In this document: positions 9,214 to 18,856 of the stretch, one piece after another
How the letters are laid out: the number at the start of each line of letters is the position of its first letter
How positions within the stretch are numbered: the stretch's first letter is position 1
Source of the DNA: a virus
Taxonomy: Duplodnaviria; Caudoviricetes
Length of the DNA: 57,911 nucleotides
IMG/VR virus record: IMGVR_UViG_3300020161_003007
Span: 1 to 57,911 of that record
Direction: 5' to 3' (one strand)
Notes under the pieces: model-generated
Told to the model about the DNA's origin: nothing
The model's database searches: none
Seen by the model: only the letters and a program-made list of their open reading frames with translations
Program-made: the position numbers and the translations under genes

Positions 9214-10590
9214 TTAAAATGTTCCACCAGATAGGTGAGCAAATGTTGGAACGCCAGTATTATTAATTGTCAAAACATGACCTTCAGTTGACGAAGAAGC
9301 GGTAGTAAATGCTCCTGAACCTTGGCCAAGTAAAACACCGTTTGTTGTAAATGAGCCTGCACCAGTGCCTCCTCTTGCAACACCTAATGTACCTGAGGTA
9401 ATTTGCGATGCAGAAATACCAATAAGTGTTGAATTGGCCTGCGAGATACGACCATTTGCTTCTAATGTAAACGAAGCAATTGTTGCACCATTACCATAAT
9501 AACCTGCGGTTGTTGCAATTGTAGTAAAATCGGTGTTAGCCTGATTAAATGCCGCATTAGCATGATTAGCTGCATACTGTACAAGTGCTGAAGATCCTGC
9601 TGCATTAGCAGCAGCAAAGGCACTATTAGCATGATCAAATGATGCTGTTATTCTAGTATTCTGAGCAGCATCAACACCATTAGTGTTGTTTGCAGAAATG
9701 AAAGCTGCGTTTGCTGTATTATAAGCACCATTAATATAAGTCTGTAAATTTTGTCCGTTTAGTGTAATTAACTGTGATTTTAAATTAGCATTAAGAGTTG
9801 CAAGCTTAAATGAAGGATTATTAATATCGATGTTATTATTTGCACCAATTTCTGCTGTATAACCTTCAAAAAGCTGAAATTCTTTTGTACCTGCATCACG
9901 AATAAGACCGGTATGAGCATTGACACCATCGTTATAGTGACCTGAAAAACCAATATCAAGTATGTCTGAAGTATAATTGCCTGCACCAAGAATAATCAAA
10001 CTATCATTAGCGACAATCTGCGAAGAGCTTACAGTAAAGGTATTACCTAAAACACTTAAATTGCCTGTGATACTTAAATTACCAGCAATTGTACCACCAT
10101 TATTCGCATCAAGAGAATTGTTAGCACGGATGAAGGCAGCAGTAGCAGTATTCTGAGCCGTGGTAATATTGGTGTTCTGTGTATTATTAACACCTGCTTC
10201 ATTATTGGCCTTAGCAAAGGCACCGTTAGCATAAACACCAGCAGAGTTTGCGGCTACAAAAGCGCCGTTTGCGTATATACTTCCTGAGTTAGCTGTAGCA
10301 AATGCTGCGTTTGCTTGAATGAACGCTGCATTAGCGTGGTTTCTTGCATATATGTCTGCACCAGCATTAGCAACCGTATTTGCAAGATCAAAGGCCGCAT
10401 TAGCATGATTATATGATTTCTCAAACTTGTCAATATAAAACTTACCACCGATAGCTATAGAACCTGTGCCATCAGGTGATCCAATGAATAAAGTATTACT
10501 TGCGTATGAGTAAGCTGGTTCAGCTACATTTAATGAAGTTGGCGCAGCCGTTAGTGTAGAAAATTTTAATTGTATTACGGTATTAGCCAT
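9214..10590 (-). CDS. Tail fibre-like protein with ANAAF heptads
   Basis: 458 aa; MANTVIQLK start; GTLGVARGGTG motif; ends GGTF. Confidence 0.7.
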   Translation of the reverse strand: MANTVIQLKFSTLTAAPTSLNVAEPAYSYASNTLFIGSPDGTGSIAIGGKFYIDKFEKSYNHANAAFDLANTVANAGADIYARNHANAAFIQANAAFATANSGSIYANGAFVAANSAGVYANGAFAKANNEAGVNNTQNTNITTAQNTATAAFIRANNSLDANNGGTIAGNLSITGNLSVLGNTFTVSSSQIVANDSLIILGAGNYTSDILDIGFSGHYNDGVNAHTGLIRDAGTKEFQLFEGYTAEIGANNNIDINNPSFKLATLNANLKSQLITLNGQNLQTYINGAYNTANAAFISANNTNGVDAAQNTRITASFDHANSAFAAANAAGSSALVQYAANHANAAFNQANTDFTTIATTAGYYGNGATIASFTLEANGRISQANSTLIGISASQITSGTLGVARGGTGAGSFTTNGVLLGQGSGAFTTASSSTEGHVLTINNTGVPTFAHLSGGTF

Positions 10591-10896
10591 TTAAAATGAG
10601 CCTCCGACTATTGTTGTAACTGGCGGTTTTATTTCATATTTTCCTGTGTTGGCATTAAATACAACACTATCACCATCCTGAAGTCCACCTACATCAATCA
10701 CATCAACAAGCTCCGCTAAAGCCACATTTGGTTTTGGTTGAAAATTCTGTGAAATTATTACTGATCTATTTGGTTGCCTAAGTCTAACTGCACCTAAAAT
10801 ATTTTGTGGTTCAGTTATATTAGCACTAGGCGTATAATCTTGTGAAGCTAATTTCGGCTTAATACCTGGCCGTATTTTAATCGAACCTATATCCAT
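10591..10896 (-). CDS. Hypothetical virion protein
   Basis: 101 aa; LxELxDV...GDSVVFNANTGKY resembles the N-terminus of ORF 862-1977; ends GGSF. Confidence 0.65.
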   Translation of the reverse strand: MDIGSIKIRPGIKPKLASQDYTPSANITEPQNILGAVRLRQPNRSVIISQNFQPKPNVALAELVDVIDVGGLQDGDSVVFNANTGKYEIKPPVTTIVGGSF

Positions 10897-11228
10897 TATC
10901 GAGTAATTCCAGGTAAAACATTTACTATTCCTTCTACCACCCTTGTTCTTGTGGTGTCTGGAGCTGTGATAACAAGGTCATACAAATAACGACCAGGAGT
11001 TAAATTTGCAGTATTTGCTGCTGTCATCGATAGCGTAATTTCACCATTTGAAGTGCCAGTTATTGTGGCAGTAAGGGTGTTAGCTGAAGAAGAATAGTAC
11101 GATTTTCTTATTTGAGAATTGGCAGTATAGCCGTCCAAATCAATGGCATCGCCACCAACATCATCTACGTTGATAATAACAGAAAAAGACGCATATTGTT
11201 CAATGTTAAGTTCTGAATAAGCAGCCAC
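10896..11228 (-). CDS. Small beta-sandwich virion/adaptor protein common in T4-like phages
   Basis: 110 aa; GTG start with GGGAG RBS; GRYLYDL...RVVEG...PGITR motif. Confidence 0.65.
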   Translation of the reverse strand: MAAYSELNIEQYASFSVIINVDDVGGDAIDLDGYTANSQIRKSYYSSSANTLTATITGTSNGEITLSMTAANTANLTPGRYLYDLVITAPDTTRTRVVEGIVNVLPGITR

Positions 11229-11234
11229 AGATTA

Positions 11235-11267
11235 CTCCCGTTTTATCGTCTATTTAGTTAAAACGGG
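11235..11267 (-). promoter_or_regulatory. RBS-occluding hairpin with a late promoter in its loop
   Basis: 9-bp inverted repeat CCCGTTTTA (11237-11245) / TAAAACGGG (11259-11267); TAAATA at 11251-11256; the 3' arm overlaps the GGGAG RBS. Confidence 0.6.
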
Positions 11268-11277
11268 TACTTAGTAA

Positions 11278-11634
11278 TTAATTTACCATATTTGGAATAG
11301 AAGGGTGATGACCTTTACGACAGTCAAATTGACGACAAGCTATTGGTCTATCCTCGTATATAGAGCATTTACCATTTACAAACATACCACATCCACCTTC
11401 CTTTTTTCTATAAAGGACTACCAACGGACCTACATTTGGATTTAAATTTAAATGTTCTTGTGAAGGACTTATCAAACTGATTGGATATTTACCAGAATTT
11501 ATTTCTTCTGGTGTCAAAAAAGGAGATAATTTTTCACAACAGAGAGTGCAGCTGCCACAAGGCACTTCTGAAATTTTTTCGTCCGTTTTAACAGAAGTAA
11601 TATTAATATTTTTTATATCAAAATAAGTTTTCAT
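11278..11634 (-). CDS. YkgJ-like (CxxCxxCC) zinc/iron-chelating protein
   Basis: CGSCTLCC ... C ... CSIYEDRPIACRQFDC. Confidence 0.8.
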   Translation of the reverse strand: MKTYFDIKNINITSVKTDEKISEVPCGSCTLCCEKLSPFLTPEEINSGKYPISLISPSQEHLNLNPNVGPLVVLYRKKEGGCGMFVNGKCSIYEDRPIACRQFDCRKGHHPSIPNMVN

Positions 11635-12944
11635 AGTTTTAAATTGTTTAAGTAATCTTTAAGTTCTGCTAAAGGTAGGTCCCAATTGTCATATCTTTTT
11701 TGTCTGAAGATTGTCAGATTATCATTATACCATTTTGTTTTATGACCTGGAATTGCCCAAGTATAATAGTTTAAAAGTGGGGTTAAAACAACAGAAAGTT
11801 TTCCCATAGATCCTGCTGCGTGAATCAAAGAAGTGCAGCTAGAAACAACTATGTCCATTTGATCGATATAGTCAAAAGTATCATCCCAATTTTTAATGTT
11901 GTCTTTTAAATTAATCACTCTTGGATGTCTTAGATCTTCATCCATATGAAAAGAATAAATCGTATAATCTTCTGGAATACAATCTATCATTTCTTCAAAC
12001 GGAACAGTTCGATGTAGGTCTTGGTCATAGTGAGGATTACCCATTGTTTTAATACCAATTTTTTTCTTACCTTTTAATTTTGGTGCTTTTCTGCTGGGCG
12101 ACAAATACGGGCCGTACCACAAATCATCTTGATCTAATTCCAAATAACTTGGAACCGGCATTGAGTATGTCCACAACCACTCATCAGGTAATTGTTTAAC
12201 ATTTGACATACAAGAAAAACCACATCTTTCAAATATATCAATAACATCTTTCCTGTCTGTAAACCATATTGGGTTTAAACCTCTTTCTTTGAGATGTTTA
12301 ATAAACCTTACTGAAATAATTTCATCACCAGTACCTCCTTCGGCACAAACAAGAATTGTTTTTCCTTCTGCTGGTTCTCCTTGCCACAAATGAGTTTTTG
12401 GAAAAGGAAACTCATGCCAAGAATTAAACGCTCGCCCACCTAATAAAACTTCTTTCAAACCTTTTTTAAATAAACCATTTCTTAAATCATATGTACCAAG
12501 ATTAAATTTAACCCTTCTTTCAATATCTTGATCGTGTGGTTTTGTTAAAATGTCCCTTAAAACTTTTTCACCTAAATCTTTTCTATCTAATAAAAAATAA
12601 GTAAAAGCTTCTTCCATTCTAAGTTCTGGATCATCAGGAGTTTCTTTTAAATTAATCTGTATAAATTTTAAAGCATCTTCAGGTTTGTTTACTTGTAAAT
12701 ACCCTCTAATAATATTAGTTCTTACTTGATATTTTTGTTGTGCCATTAAAGGAAAACTATTGTGTAGTTTAAGAGCAACATTTAAAGAACCTTCATAACT
12801 TTTGCAATTTACATATAGTTGGCCTAATTCATCAAAATGTTCTATATTTTGAGCAAAAGGAAACAACATATCTAAAACAATTTTAGCTTTATCGTTTTGT
12901 TTAATATCAATAAAAAATTTTGCAGTAGCTAAAGGATCTTTCAT
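11631..12944 (-). CDS. TPR-containing glycosyltransferase (GT-B, family 9-like)
   Basis: Helical TPR-like N-terminus; WQGE...ILVCAEGGTGDEI and DIVVSSCTSLIHAAGSMG motifs; start moved to MKDPL (ATGA overlap). Confidence 0.7.
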   Translation of the reverse strand: MKDPLATAKFFIDIKQNDKAKIVLDMLFPFAQNIEHFDELGQLYVNCKSYEGSLNVALKLHNSFPLMAQQKYQVRTNIIRGYLQVNKPEDALKFIQINLKETPDDPELRMEEAFTYFLLDRKDLGEKVLRDILTKPHDQDIERRVKFNLGTYDLRNGLFKKGLKEVLLGGRAFNSWHEFPFPKTHLWQGEPAEGKTILVCAEGGTGDEIISVRFIKHLKERGLNPIWFTDRKDVIDIFERCGFSCMSNVKQLPDEWLWTYSMPVPSYLELDQDDLWYGPYLSPSRKAPKLKGKKKIGIKTMGNPHYDQDLHRTVPFEEMIDCIPEDYTIYSFHMDEDLRHPRVINLKDNIKNWDDTFDYIDQMDIVVSSCTSLIHAAGSMGKLSVVLTPLLNYYTWAIPGHKTKWYNDNLTIFRQKRYDNWDLPLAELKDYLNNLKL

Positions 12945-13483
12945 TTGTAAACAACCCACTTAATTATTAATTCTACAATAACATTATTGAATGACCTAAC
13001 TGCATGCTCGCACTGGTCATCAGTATAGTTTTTAAATATTTTGTGCCAATATGGATCAAGGTTAAATTGAAACCCTTCAACTCGCATATCAACACCGTGT
13101 ATTAAACCAAGAGGAGTTTCACTACCATCATTTTCTATGTCATGTTGATTTCTCTTTTTAGAGAACATGTCAAGCGTATGAGAATAAATTGGTCTTTTGT
13201 GAGTAGGATCTATAAGAAAAATATCATGCCGAGGATAAGGAACTTTAACATCAATTTCTGTGCCGTGTTTGCATACACGGTAAAGTTCTTTTATACAATG
13301 AAAAAAACCATCACCAAGATGCTCAAGTATGTGGTGGGCAATTACATGATCTACACTATTATCTTCAAACGGCAAAATATCATGCTCTAAATCCAAAACA
13401 TAATCTGGATTTGAACCATCATAACTATCTATATTAGTATAGCCTGGAAACTTTTTGTTGCCTGAGCCAATATTTAACTTCAT
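12941..13483 (-). CDS. Class I SAM-dependent methyltransferase (type 11-like)
   Basis: KLNIGSG...NID...LPFEDNSVD...HILEH...ELYRVCK...DPTH; start moved to MKLNIG, with AGGTGA RBS. Confidence 0.8.
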   Translation of the reverse strand: MKLNIGSGNKKFPGYTNIDSYDGSNPDYVLDLEHDILPFEDNSVDHVIAHHILEHLGDGFFHCIKELYRVCKHGTEIDVKVPYPRHDIFLIDPTHKRPIYSHTLDMFSKKRNQHDIENDGSETPLGLIHGVDMRVEGFQFNLDPYWHKIFKNYTDDQCEHAVRSFNNVIVELIIKWVVYK

Positions 13484-13505
13484 AATTATCACCTGTAAAC
13501 ATAGT

Positions 13506-13534
13506 ATTATAACATATTTTTATTTATTTGTCAA
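13506..13534 (-). promoter_or_regulatory. Consensus sigma70 promoter
   Basis: TTGACA-17 nt-TATAAT on the minus strand, 22 nt upstream of the methyltransferase start. Confidence 0.8.
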
Positions 13535-14790
13535 TCTTTATTTTTAGTAACTAACGTGTGGTTAAAACCACAAGTTACTGAATTCCATCTATTATTAGGT
13601 AAATTATGATAACCAGTATTTTGAGTGACAACTAACATAGGTTGTAAATTGCCAAGTCTAAAAATGTCATTTATTAACCACAAAGTTCCATTTTCTTTAA
13701 TGCCTGCAATTGAAAATTCGTCCAAACTATTTGAACCTCCAACAGCAATTTTTTTCCAAAAGCCAGTTAAAGTTGCACCACTGGTACTAATATTTGCGTT
13801 ATATATCGAAGTATTTGTGGTAAAGAGTTTTCCATCGCCTCTTAATGCACAATAATATGGCGTCCAAGGATTTGTTGCGATTTGTACAAAGGTATTGGAT
13901 TGTGTTCCTAATTTAGGGCTATTAGCTTGAGTAGGTGATGATTGATTAAAACTTGATATTATTCCTAAAGGATGATCAGCACTACTAAAACCCCATGCGT
14001 ATATTGTGTCGTCTGAATTAATAGCAACACTCGTTCTAAATCCTGCACCAACTTGTTTGATAGCATTAAGAGTGCCCCCTGAACTATAAGGGTTAAAACC
14101 ACTTGAAAAAACCATTACCGGTCTTGATCTAGAATTAACTGTGCCATCACCTAATTGATAATAATCATTACGGCCCCAAGTAAATACCTCTCCCAATGTT
14201 GTTATACCAACCATATGATCATAACCACACGATATATCAACCCATCCATTAGAAGAAAAGGGGCCCGAACCAGCATCAAAATTGAGTCTAACTTGCACAG
14301 GTGAAGATCTATGTATTGTATCACCTAACCCTAATCGACCATCATCATTACGGCCCCAAGTCCATAAAGTTCTGTCGCTTTTTATACCAGCTACATGACC
14401 ATCTCCAGTAACAATTTTTATCCAGGTATTTTGACTATTAATGAAAGTGGGGGTTGATGGATTAGATACTGGTTGATTATGGTAAGCACTACTTCCCCAA
14501 GTCCATAATGATCTATCTGATTTAATGCCTAAAGAATATTGTAAGCCTGCAGCTAAGTCTAACCATTCATGTCTTGTTGAACTCTGTGAATTATTACTAA
14601 GAAAAATACTTGGAACTGTTGGGTTTACTCCAGTAATTCCATTACCAATTTGGCCTGAAGTAGCAACACCAAAACCAAAACCAATTCCTGTTTTTTTTGT
14701 TTCAATTGCTTTTTTACGAGCAAAAGCAAGATCCAAATCTAAATTGGGAAAAGTATTTGATGCATAACCGTAATCAGCAGTTCTAAGCAT
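13531..14790 (-). CDS. RCC1/BLIP-II repeat beta-propeller protein
   Basis: Repeated GIKSDRxLWTWG, GxLGxG and RSSPVQ blades. Confidence 0.85.
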   Translation of the reverse strand: MLRTADYGYASNTFPNLDLDLAFARKKAIETKKTGIGFGFGVATSGQIGNGITGVNPTVPSIFLSNNSQSSTRHEWLDLAAGLQYSLGIKSDRSLWTWGSSAYHNQPVSNPSTPTFINSQNTWIKIVTGDGHVAGIKSDRTLWTWGRNDDGRLGLGDTIHRSSPVQVRLNFDAGSGPFSSNGWVDISCGYDHMVGITTLGEVFTWGRNDYYQLGDGTVNSRSRPVMVFSSGFNPYSSGGTLNAIKQVGAGFRTSVAINSDDTIYAWGFSSADHPLGIISSFNQSSPTQANSPKLGTQSNTFVQIATNPWTPYYCALRGDGKLFTTNTSIYNANISTSGATLTGFWKKIAVGGSNSLDEFSIAGIKENGTLWLINDIFRLGNLQPMLVVTQNTGYHNLPNNRWNSVTCGFNHTLVTKNKD

Positions 14791-14842
14791 TTATTTTTTT
14801 TTATAATTTAAAAGTTTGTATTAAAGCACCAGCTTTTGCTTA

Positions 14843-16216
14843 TTATACATTATATCCATCAGGTTTATTAAGTAGATCTTTTATAGCTAAAATTTGTGTA
14901 CTACCTTTTCCACAAATAAATTTCCAATTATTTCCTCCAGATATTTGAACTGGAGAAGATTTAGATATATATGTGCCATCACCAAGACAACCTACTCCAT
15001 TAAATCCCCAAGACCATAGTGAACCATCTGTTTTTAAAGCTGTAATTAAATGATAACCACAAATAACTTGTCTCCAATTTTGGCCTGGTACTTTATATGG
15101 ATAAGGAACATTTTCTTCCTCTGGTAGATTATCTCCAAGAGCCGATTTACCATTTCCTACTTGACCGTAGGCGTTTGAACCCCAAATCCATAAAGAACCA
15201 TCTTGTTTTATTGCAGCTGTGTTAAAAGGACCACATGAAACTAATGACCAATCATTCCCTCCAATTATTGTTTGAGCTGGAGATGAAGTGTTTGCAATTG
15301 TCGTTGGATAAGTAAGTTCTATGCCTAATTGCCCATACTTATTTTTTCCCCATGTCCACAATGTGCCATCATATTTAACTGCTGCACTATGTCGCTGGCC
15401 ACAAGATACTTGCTTCCAACCCTGACTATTTCCAATTTGAACAAAACTAGAAGTTTCGGCTCCAACACTACCAGCTGGAGCTCCAGAATACCACGTATTT
15501 GTACCTAATTCACCATAAAATGATCGGCCGTAAGCCCATAAAGTTGTGTTAGCTTTAATTGCAAGAAGTTGACCGTCTCCGTAAGAAACTTGTTTCCAAT
15601 CTGTGCCACCACCAATTTCCTGTGTTGGTGATGATCTACCAGCAAAGGTCCAATATTTGTATTCGGCTCCCCAAGCCCATAACGTACCATCGGTTTTAAT
15701 TGCTGCTGATGCTCCATAACCAACAGAAATTTGTTTCCAAGTTGTGCTTGTTCCAACTTGTGTTGGATACTCTCGATTAAGATTGCCAATTGTTGGATCT
15801 CCCATTCTCCAAGTGTTTCCTTCTGAACCAGAATAGTTATCACCTCCCCATGTCCACAATGTACCATTGGATTTAATTCCAGCAGCAACTCCAGGAGTGT
15901 TTGCTGTTTCTTTAGTCCCTTCGTACAGAACTGGTTCATCAAGAGGGTAAGTGCCTCTAGAACCACAACAATCTATTTGTTTCCAATCTGTATTTGCAGG
16001 CCTTCGTCCACTCGCATCATCAACAAATAAATATAGAAAAGGAGTGCTAGCGGTATAAGTAAAGCCACTGGATTCAATTCTTCTTCCCCAAAAAAATACA
16101 TGTGGCGCTTTATGTGCAGCTGATAAATTTTGATAGATGTTTATACCATAATCTTTAGAAATACGAGTTGATGTTATATCAACTCCTCCAGTTTGATAAC
16201 CTGTATTTGCGGGCAT
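14843..16216 (-). CDS. RCC1/BLIP-II repeat beta-propeller protein
   Basis: WKQVSCG..HSAAVKxDGTLWTWGxNxYGQLG repeats. Confidence 0.9.
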   Translation of the reverse strand: MPANTGYQTGGVDITSTRISKDYGINIYQNLSAAHKAPHVFFWGRRIESSGFTYTASTPFLYLFVDDASGRRPANTDWKQIDCCGSRGTYPLDEPVLYEGTKETANTPGVAAGIKSNGTLWTWGGDNYSGSEGNTWRMGDPTIGNLNREYPTQVGTSTTWKQISVGYGASAAIKTDGTLWAWGAEYKYWTFAGRSSPTQEIGGGTDWKQVSYGDGQLLAIKANTTLWAYGRSFYGELGTNTWYSGAPAGSVGAETSSFVQIGNSQGWKQVSCGQRHSAAVKYDGTLWTWGKNKYGQLGIELTYPTTIANTSSPAQTIIGGNDWSLVSCGPFNTAAIKQDGSLWIWGSNAYGQVGNGKSALGDNLPEEENVPYPYKVPGQNWRQVICGYHLITALKTDGSLWSWGFNGVGCLGDGTYISKSSPVQISGGNNWKFICGKGSTQILAIKDLLNKPDGYNV

Positions 16217-16219
16217 TTA

Positions 16220-17458
16220 TTAACCTAGTAATTCTTCAAAAGTTTCTTTAAAACGAATTGCAGCATATCGGCCCTGTTGCGCCGAAGTATCACCTACAGA
16301 TTGCCATTGTAGATAACCAATTTGAACAGGAGAAGATCTAACTTCAAAGGTAGATCCATCATATCCCCAAACCCACCAAGTATTATCAAGTTTAATACCG
16401 TGGCAACCTTTTACATCTTTCCAACCTATGTTTGATGGCACTAAAGTAGGAGAAGATCTGGAAATTGTATCATTTAATCCAAGTTGGCCCAGATTATTCA
16501 GGCCCCAAGTCCATAATGTGCCATTTGTTTTTACTGCGTGAGCAGAATAATTACTACTAAATGATATTTGTTTCCAATCATAAGAAGAACCTATTTGCGT
16601 TGGAGTTGTTACATTAGAAGTGTTTCCTGTGCCTAACTGTCCGTATTGCCCTCCTCCCCAAGTCCACAAAGAGCCATCTTCTTTTATTGCACCAAAACCT
16701 TCATAAGTGGCGGCGATTTGTGACCAATTATTTCCACCTAATACTGTTTGAAAAGGAGCAAGTCCTGCGTTTTCAATAGCTCCTAAAATTCCTGGCGTGG
16801 AAAATCCTGCTCCAGTATTTCGTCCCCAGACCCAAAGAGAGCCATCCATTTTAATTGCGCCAGCCGCAAATCCAGGACCTCCAGTTACTTGTTTCCATCC
16901 TTTACCTAAAAAAACGTTCACGCTGCTTACGATTCCTTGTACTGGTTGTGGCGTTACTGTATTATTCAAGCCTCCTTGACCTTGGCCTGATTGATAATAA
17001 GCACCACGTCCCCAAGTAAAAAGTTCTCCTTCATCGTCTATAGCTAATACCATATCATAACCAAATGCAACTTGTTTCCAAAAAGATCTACGTTGTACTC
17101 CGTTGGCATCGCGGCCAAAAACTTGTACAGGTGATGATCTATCCAATATCGTGCTTCCTCCAGCATAACCATCTGCAATTAACCCGTAAAAATTACTTCC
17201 CCAAATCCAAAGTGTACCGTCACTTTTTATTCCAGCTGTATTGTTTACACCAACAGCTACTTGTTTCCAATTAGTGGCAGAGCCTATCGTTTGCACAGGA
17301 GAAGATCTTCTTTCAAGAGTATTATCACCAATAGGGTTCGAGCCAAAAATCCATAGTGTGGATTCTTCAGCTAAATTATCTATAGCCGCAATATCATTAG
17401 ATAATAAATCTTCTAGACCATCAACTTCAGGAGGTAAAGATGAACTTTTGTATGCCAT
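16220..17458 (-). CDS. RCC1/BLIP-II repeat beta-propeller protein
   Basis: WKQVAxG...IKxDGTLWxWGxN repeats. Confidence 0.9.
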   Translation of the reverse strand: MAYKSSSLPPEVDGLEDLLSNDIAAIDNLAEESTLWIFGSNPIGDNTLERRSSPVQTIGSATNWKQVAVGVNNTAGIKSDGTLWIWGSNFYGLIADGYAGGSTILDRSSPVQVFGRDANGVQRRSFWKQVAFGYDMVLAIDDEGELFTWGRGAYYQSGQGQGGLNNTVTPQPVQGIVSSVNVFLGKGWKQVTGGPGFAAGAIKMDGSLWVWGRNTGAGFSTPGILGAIENAGLAPFQTVLGGNNWSQIAATYEGFGAIKEDGSLWTWGGGQYGQLGTGNTSNVTTPTQIGSSYDWKQISFSSNYSAHAVKTNGTLWTWGLNNLGQLGLNDTISRSSPTLVPSNIGWKDVKGCHGIKLDNTWWVWGYDGSTFEVRSSPVQIGYLQWQSVGDTSAQQGRYAAIRFKETFEELLG

Positions 17459-17462
17459 GCAA

Positions 17463-17888
17463 TTAACCTACTTTTTGTTCTAAATCTTTTATTCTGTTAT
17501 TCAATTCTTTTATGGTTTCAACCAAATAAGCAATAACACCTTGATAGTTTACAGTTTTAATTCCCTGCGTTGTATCATTGACAAGGTGGGGTAAAGTTTT
17601 TTCTACTTCTTGAGCAATAAAACCTGAAGATTTTTTACCTGTATCTTTCCAATTAAATTCAACTCCATTTAACTTTTCAATCATAGTAACTGGACTTTGA
17701 ATAGTTAAAATATTTTCTTTTAATGTAACATCGGAAATAGAATTAAAATTAGTGCTTGTAAGCGTTGTTGTACTTGGGTTATAATAAAGTTTGGTATTTG
17801 ATGTATAAAATTTATTTTTATCTGTAATTATTACAGAGTAATCTTTATTAGTTATACTTACGTTTGCTGTTAATGGATTAAAAGCCAT
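17463..17888 (-). CDS. Short protein with Peptidase S74 intramolecular-chaperone domain
   Basis: SDVTLKENI...FNWK...GFIAQEVE...VNY...LVETIKEL; start moved to MAFNP. Confidence 0.85.
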   Translation of the reverse strand: MAFNPLTANVSITNKDYSVIITDKNKFYTSNTKLYYNPSTTTLTSTNFNSISDVTLKENILTIQSPVTMIEKLNGVEFNWKDTGKKSSGFIAQEVEKTLPHLVNDTTQGIKTVNYQGVIAYLVETIKELNNRIKDLEQKVG

Positions 17889-17889
17889 A

Positions 17890-18216
17890 CTATGTAATCT
17901 CCAAAACAGAAATAATAACATCTAGTGAACTAGCAGCCGAAGATTGAACTGATACACTACCACCATCTTCTAAAACTAATTTTTGATCTCCACCAACAGG
18001 AATAAAAGTTTGGCCAACAGAAACTGGAGTTAAACATGCTATAAAAGCAGTATTTGCACCATCAGAAACGGATACATTTGCTGTAACGTCTGAACCTGTT
18101 CTATTTGCTACTGACAGACCAATTACCGTTGTTTGTGTGGCGGCCGGACACAAATAAACTTGAAAATTTGTTGTACCTATCGATGAAAAAACATTACTTT
18201 TAAAAGAATTTGCCAT
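17890..18216 (-). CDS. Conserved small phage structural/hypothetical protein
   Basis: 108 aa; MANSFK...TTVIGLSVAN...KLVLE...SLDVIISVLEIT. Confidence 0.7.
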   Translation of the reverse strand: MANSFKSNVFSSIGTTNFQVYLCPAATQTTVIGLSVANRTGSDVTANVSVSDGANTAFIACLTPVSVGQTFIPVGGDQKLVLEDGGSVSVQSSAASSLDVIISVLEIT

Positions 18217-18235
18217 TTAATTTACCTTTATATTT

Positions 18236-18856
18236 TTAACCAAGTGCTATCGCAAATGCTACGGCCGCTGCAGCAGCTGAGTTAGCAGCATCAAAAGCGG
18301 AATTAGCTTTAACAAAACTAATATTTGCTGTACTAAATGCTGAATTTGCATAAGAACCTGAAGTATTTTGTGATCTAAATGCTGAATTTGCATGTACAAA
18401 ACCTGAATTTGCATGTACAAAACCTGAATTTGCATGATTAAATGCTGCATTAGCTGTGATACCAGCAGAAAGTAATGAGGTAATATTTGCATAAATTGCT
18501 GTATTTGCTTGACCAGTCAATATTACAATATTAGCTGTAGGAAAATTTCCATAATTAATTGTAGTGAAACTTCCTAAATTTGTATTTCCAGAAACATCAA
18601 GTGTTGTTCCAAATTGCCCTCTACCTGCAACAATTAAATCATCAAAACCTACAGCATCTAAAGTGAGATTTCCTGATACTTCTAAATCACCTTTAACTTT
18701 AACATTATTTTGTATTTCTAAATTTGTATTTGCTAAAAATGTTTGACCTGATCCGCCTTCTGATAATAAATTATGACGAGAAATAATTGCTTGTGAAGCA
18801 GTTAACCATTGCAGAAAGGTATTGGATGTTGTTAAATTTATAATTGTATTGGACAT
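18236..18856 (-). CDS. Short fibre-like protein with HANS(G/A)F heptads
   Basis: 206 aa; ends AFAIALG; 21-bp tandem repeat at 18382-18436. Confidence 0.65.
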   Translation of the reverse strand: MSNTIINLTTSNTFLQWLTASQAIISRHNLLSEGGSGQTFLANTNLEIQNNVKVKGDLEVSGNLTLDAVGFDDLIVAGRGQFGTTLDVSGNTNLGSFTTINYGNFPTANIVILTGQANTAIYANITSLLSAGITANAAFNHANSGFVHANSGFVHANSAFRSQNTSGSYANSAFSTANISFVKANSAFDAANSAAAAAVAFAIALG

